64,000 nt of DNA from Gemmatales bacterium (GTDB lineage Bacteria > Planctomycetota > Planctomycetia > Gemmatales > HRBIN36), in the NCBI GenBank assembly GCA_041640595.1, contig JBEPZY010000002.1, positions 372,651 to 436,650 on the forward strand. The letters are read 5' to 3'. Every line of letters begins with the position of its first letter. Position 1 is the first letter of the stretch. Positions 60,786-64,000 of the stretch are shown piece by piece. The notes beneath the pieces are model-generated. The model was not told the origin of the DNA. It worked only from the letters and a program-made list of their open reading frames with translations, and did not search any database. A program made the translations under genes and the position numbers.

Positions 60786-61445
60786 TCAGTCCATCAAAGG
60801 TTCGTCGCCCGCATCGAGGAAATTTTCCGCTTCGTCCGATGTGTCCGCTTCGCCGTGCTCGGCAGGGGTTGGCTCACCGCGAAAACGAGCCCGGCCCATG
60901 ACGGTATAAATCGGGCCGCTGCGCTCCAGCTGGCTGGCCATGATGCAGATTTCCGATGCCAGCATCTCTCCACCACGGCAGCTACGGTATTCGCGGAGGA
61001 GTTCCGGCAGGCGCGGCACTTCCCGATCCGCCTTGAGCCGACCCAGGGTTATGTGCGGAACGTATCGGCGTTCCTCGCGGCGGAAGCCGAGATAGTGGAG
61101 CGGTTTCTCAATCAGAGCATGCACCTGCTGGAGTTGTTCGGAACCGGTAGTAATGCCGGCCCAGAGGACACGCGGCCGACGAGGTTCGGGAAAGCAACCC
61201 AAACCCTCCACCATCACGGAAAACGGAGCGACCTCCGCCACCGCTTCTTCCACCCGCTGACATACTTCCGCCACTTCCCGATCCGGGACCTCGCCGAGAA
61301 AGAGCAAGGTAACGTGGAGATTTTCCGGCTCGACCCACTTGACTTCGGGAATGGCAGCCGCCAGCTTATCCTGCCAGGTCACCAGACGCTGGCGAATGTT
61401 CGGCGTCAACTGCAAGGCGATGAAGGTGCGAATGCGTTTGGCCAT
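60786..61445 (-). CDS. thpR: RNA 2',3'-cyclic phosphodiesterase (2H family)
   Basis: 'R.FIA', 'NLHVTL.FLG', 'PRVLWAG', 'PHITLGR'. Confidence 0.92.
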   Translation of the reverse strand: MAKRIRTFIALQLTPNIRQRLVTWQDKLAAAIPEVKWVEPENLHVTLLFLGEVPDREVAEVCQRVEEAVAEVAPFSVMVEGLGCFPEPRRPRVLWAGITTGSEQLQQVHALIEKPLHYLGFRREERRYVPHITLGRLKADREVPRLPELLREYRSCRGGEMLASEICIMASQLERSGPIYTVMGRARFRGEPTPAEHGEADTSDEAENFLDAGDEPLMD

Positions 61446-61534
61446 AAAGCATACCCTGGGCGAGCGTTCCACCGGACTGGTTTGCTGGCATTGTACGCTT
61501 TTATAGCGGTGCGGTCATGCGGCCGGTTGGGCGG

Positions 61535-62437
61535 CTAGAAGGTGATCATGCGACGGTATTCTTCGAGTCGGCGTTCAATCTCTTCGCGGGTGGCGGCTTT
61601 GAGCCGATCCAGGCTGAAACCTTCTACGGTAATGCTGGCGATCACCGTGCCGTAAGCGATGGCACGACGCAGTCGGCCCGGCGGTGGCGAAGTGTCGGAA
61701 GCTAAATAACCCAGGATACCGCCAGCGAAACTGTCGCCCGCTCCTGTCGGGTCCACCACGTTCGGCGTGGGATAGCCGGGCAAAACGAAAACACCATCGC
61801 GGCTGAACAGAAACGAGCCGTGTTCGCCCTTTTTGATAATCACGAATTTCGGCCCCAGTGTGCGGATCTTCAGCCCGGCACGGACAAGGTTTTCTTCTTC
61901 TGCCAGCAAGCGGGCCTCGCTGTCGTTGAGAAGCAAACCGTCGAGCCGGGGCAGCAATTCCAGCAGAGCATCGCGTTGGGTTTCGATCCAGAGGTTCATG
62001 GTGTCGGCAAGCACCAGCTGCGGCCGCTCCATCTGTTCCAGCACCCGCAATTGCAGTTGCGGACTGGAATTGCCCAGGAACAGGTAGGGCTGGCGGCGAT
62101 ACTCTGCGGGCAAAACGGGGTTGAAATCGGCCAGGACGTTCAGGTGCACTTCGAGGGTATCGCGGTTGTTCATGTCGGCGTGATAGCGGCCACGCCAGTA
62201 AAAAGTTTTACCACCGCGGCGAATTTCCAGACCGCTAAGGTCAATGCCTCGTTGCCGCAATTGTTCGATGTGTTCGGCGGGAAAATCCTCGCCCACCACC
62301 GCTACCAGGTGCACTTTCGTAAAGAAACTGGCGGCGTAGGAAAAATAAGTCGCCGAGCCGCCCAGCACGTGCTGCACGCTGGCGCTGGGCGTTTCGATCG
62401 AATCGATCGCTACCGTGCCGACAGCCACGATGGACAT
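61535..62437 (-). CDS. PfkB family carbohydrate kinase
   Basis: 'LGGSATY', 'KKGEHG', 'DPTGAGDSFAGG'. Confidence 0.93.
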   Translation of the reverse strand: MSIVAVGTVAIDSIETPSASVQHVLGGSATYFSYAASFFTKVHLVAVVGEDFPAEHIEQLRQRGIDLSGLEIRRGGKTFYWRGRYHADMNNRDTLEVHLNVLADFNPVLPAEYRRQPYLFLGNSSPQLQLRVLEQMERPQLVLADTMNLWIETQRDALLELLPRLDGLLLNDSEARLLAEEENLVRAGLKIRTLGPKFVIIKKGEHGSFLFSRDGVFVLPGYPTPNVVDPTGAGDSFAGGILGYLASDTSPPPGRLRRAIAYGTVIASITVEGFSLDRLKAATREEIERRLEEYRRMITF

Positions 62438-62449
62438 GCCAGTTCTCCT

Positions 62450-64000
62450 TTAGCCGGTGCGGGCGAGTACCTGCGTTCGCGCCAGTTGCAATCGGCGAAG
62501 GGTCTCGTCGCGCCCGAGGATGGCGAGGATGTCAAACAATCCAGGGCCGACCGTAACGCCCGTGGTGCTCACCCGCAGGGCATGAATGAGGTCACCGGGT
62601 TTCACCTGCTCCCGTTCACAAAACTGGCGTAAAGCCGTTTCCAGGTGCTCGGCGTCCCAGGGCTCGGTCTGCTGGAGAACTGATGCGAACCGCTCCAGGA
62701 TTTCCAGCATACCAGGCTTGGCCAGGCGTTTCTGCACGGCCGATGGGTCATATTGCGGGTCGCGGAAGAAAAACGCCCCGTAGGTCAGGATGTCCGAAAA
62801 CAGTTTCAGTCGCTCTCCGCACGCCTCGACAACCCGGCGGATTTTCTCACGAGTGGCTGGATCAATCGGCTCATGCACCAGCCCAGCGCGGAGCAGGTAA
62901 GGGATCACACCCGCTACTTTTTCGTCCAGGGGCAACTGTCGCATGTACTCCCCCGCCATCCAGTAGAGCTTGTCGGGATCGAAACTGGCCGGGGCGTCGT
63001 TGACCCGTTCCAGGCTGAAATGGCGGATCATCTCTTCCAGCGGGATAATTTCGCTGTGGTCGTCGAGGCTCCAGCCCAATCGCCCCAGATAATTGACCAG
63101 CGCTTGCGGCAGGTAGCCGAGTTCCCGATAGTAGGCCACCGTGGCGGGGTTGAGATCGATCCGATTATCAATCTCGGCATCCGAATAACCCAAAGCACGT
63201 AACTTGGCGCGAACCTCAGCGGTAACAAACTTTTGCATATCCCGTTTACTGAGTTTCTTTCTGGAACCTGGTTCACACACTACGGGCACGTGAGCAAACG
63301 CCGGCAGGTTCGCCCCCAGGGCTTCGAAAATGAGCATCTGAATCGGCGTGTTGGAAAGGTGCTCGGCAGCACGAATAACATGGGTAATTTTCATGGCGAT
63401 GTCGTCCACGACGGTGGCAAAATTGTACAGCGGTCGGCCATCGCTTCGCACAATCACCGGATCGCCGAGCAGGTCTGTTTCCCATTCCACCCGCTTGCGG
63501 ATCAAATCGTCGAGGACAATCTTGCGGCCCAGGGGAATCTTGAACCGTAGCGGTAAGCGTTTTTCTCGCCAGATTTGCAACGCCTCGGTGGGAGACAGAT
63601 CACGTCCTTTGCCGCGATGGATATAGGGACGTTTGGCGGCTTCGGCAGCCTTGCGCTCGGCGTCTAACTCCTCCACGGTGGCCAGGCAAGGATATGCGTG
63701 GCCGCTTTCCACCAACTGTTGAGCCGCCTGCTGGTACAGTTGCAGACGCTGCGACTGAAAATAAGGAGCGTATGGCCCACCGACTTCCGGCCCTTCATCC
63801 CACAAAATCCCAAGCCAGCGAAACCCGTCCAGAATCGGTTGCAGTGCTTCGGGGACGTTTCGTTCCACATCAGTGTCGTCAATACGCAAAACGAACTGGC
63901 CACCGTGCCGACGGGTGAACAGCCAGTTGAATAGTGCAGTACGCACTCCACCGATGTGCAAATATCCCGTAGGACTCGGAGCAAATCGCGTCCGGACACT
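62450..64000 (-). CDS. gltX: Glutamate--tRNA ligase, start just beyond the window edge
   Basis: 'VRTRFAPSPTGYLHIGG', 'LRIDDTD', 'VVDD..M.ITHVIR..EH', 'KKLSKR'. Confidence 0.95.
   Translation of the reverse strand, partial: SVRTRFAPSPTGYLHIGGVRTALFNWLFTRRHGGQFVLRIDDTDVERNVPEALQPILDGFRWLGILWDEGPEVGGPYAPYFQSQRLQLYQQAAQQLVESGHAYPCLATVEELDAERKAAEAAKRPYIHRGKGRDLSPTEALQIWREKRLPLRFKIPLGRKIVLDDLIRKRVEWETDLLGDPVIVRSDGRPLYNFATVVDDIAMKITHVIRAAEHLSNTPIQMLIFEALGANLPAFAHVPVVCEPGSRKKLSKRDMQKFVTAEVRAKLRALGYSDAEIDNRIDLNPATVAYYRELGYLPQALVNYLGRLGWSLDDHSEIIPLEEMIRHFSLERVNDAPASFDPDKLYWMAGEYMRQLPLDEKVAGVIPYLLRAGLVHEPIDPATREKIRRVVEACGERLKLFSDILTYGAFFFRDPQYDPSAVQKRLAKPGMLEILERFASVLQQTEPWDAEHLETALRQFCEREQVKPGDLIHALRVSTTGVTVGPGLFDILAILGRDETLRRLQLARTQVLARTG

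Overview
GC-rich planctomycete chromosome segment, probably Gemmatales/Gemmataceae-like (DUF1501 x2, DUF1549/DUF1553, planctomycete cytochrome c-WD40-PPC protein, BBP7 barrel, DUF3500), with housekeeping genes (trxA, rlmI-like, mgtE, recJ, split coaB/coaC, thpR, gltX). Two features stand out. (1) A visibly lower-GC island at about 21.6-35.0 kb, entirely on the minus strand, is built like a polymorphic toxin cassette array on an unusual chassis: planctomycete LEPR-type leader, putative-Ig (He_PIG) repeats, Ala-rich coiled coil, conserved QMLQQPPEG junction, variable C-terminal domain. Start-less cassettes share 101-bp and 36-bp homology anchors. One carries a CdiA-type RNase A-like toxin followed by a CdiI-type immunity gene; two carry related beta-sandwich tips, each followed by an exported WD40 propeller. 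The head gene has a (CA)10 slippage tract, and a second collapsed copy of the locus lies at about 46.8-47.2 kb. (2) A REP-like hairpin family forms four intergenic clusters, including a 2.8-kb mosaic of 29 hairpins whose six linker types follow an orientation-dependent grammar. No tRNA/rRNA, CRISPR-cas, integrase or transposase was recognised. All family assignments are from motif recognition by eye, not database searches.
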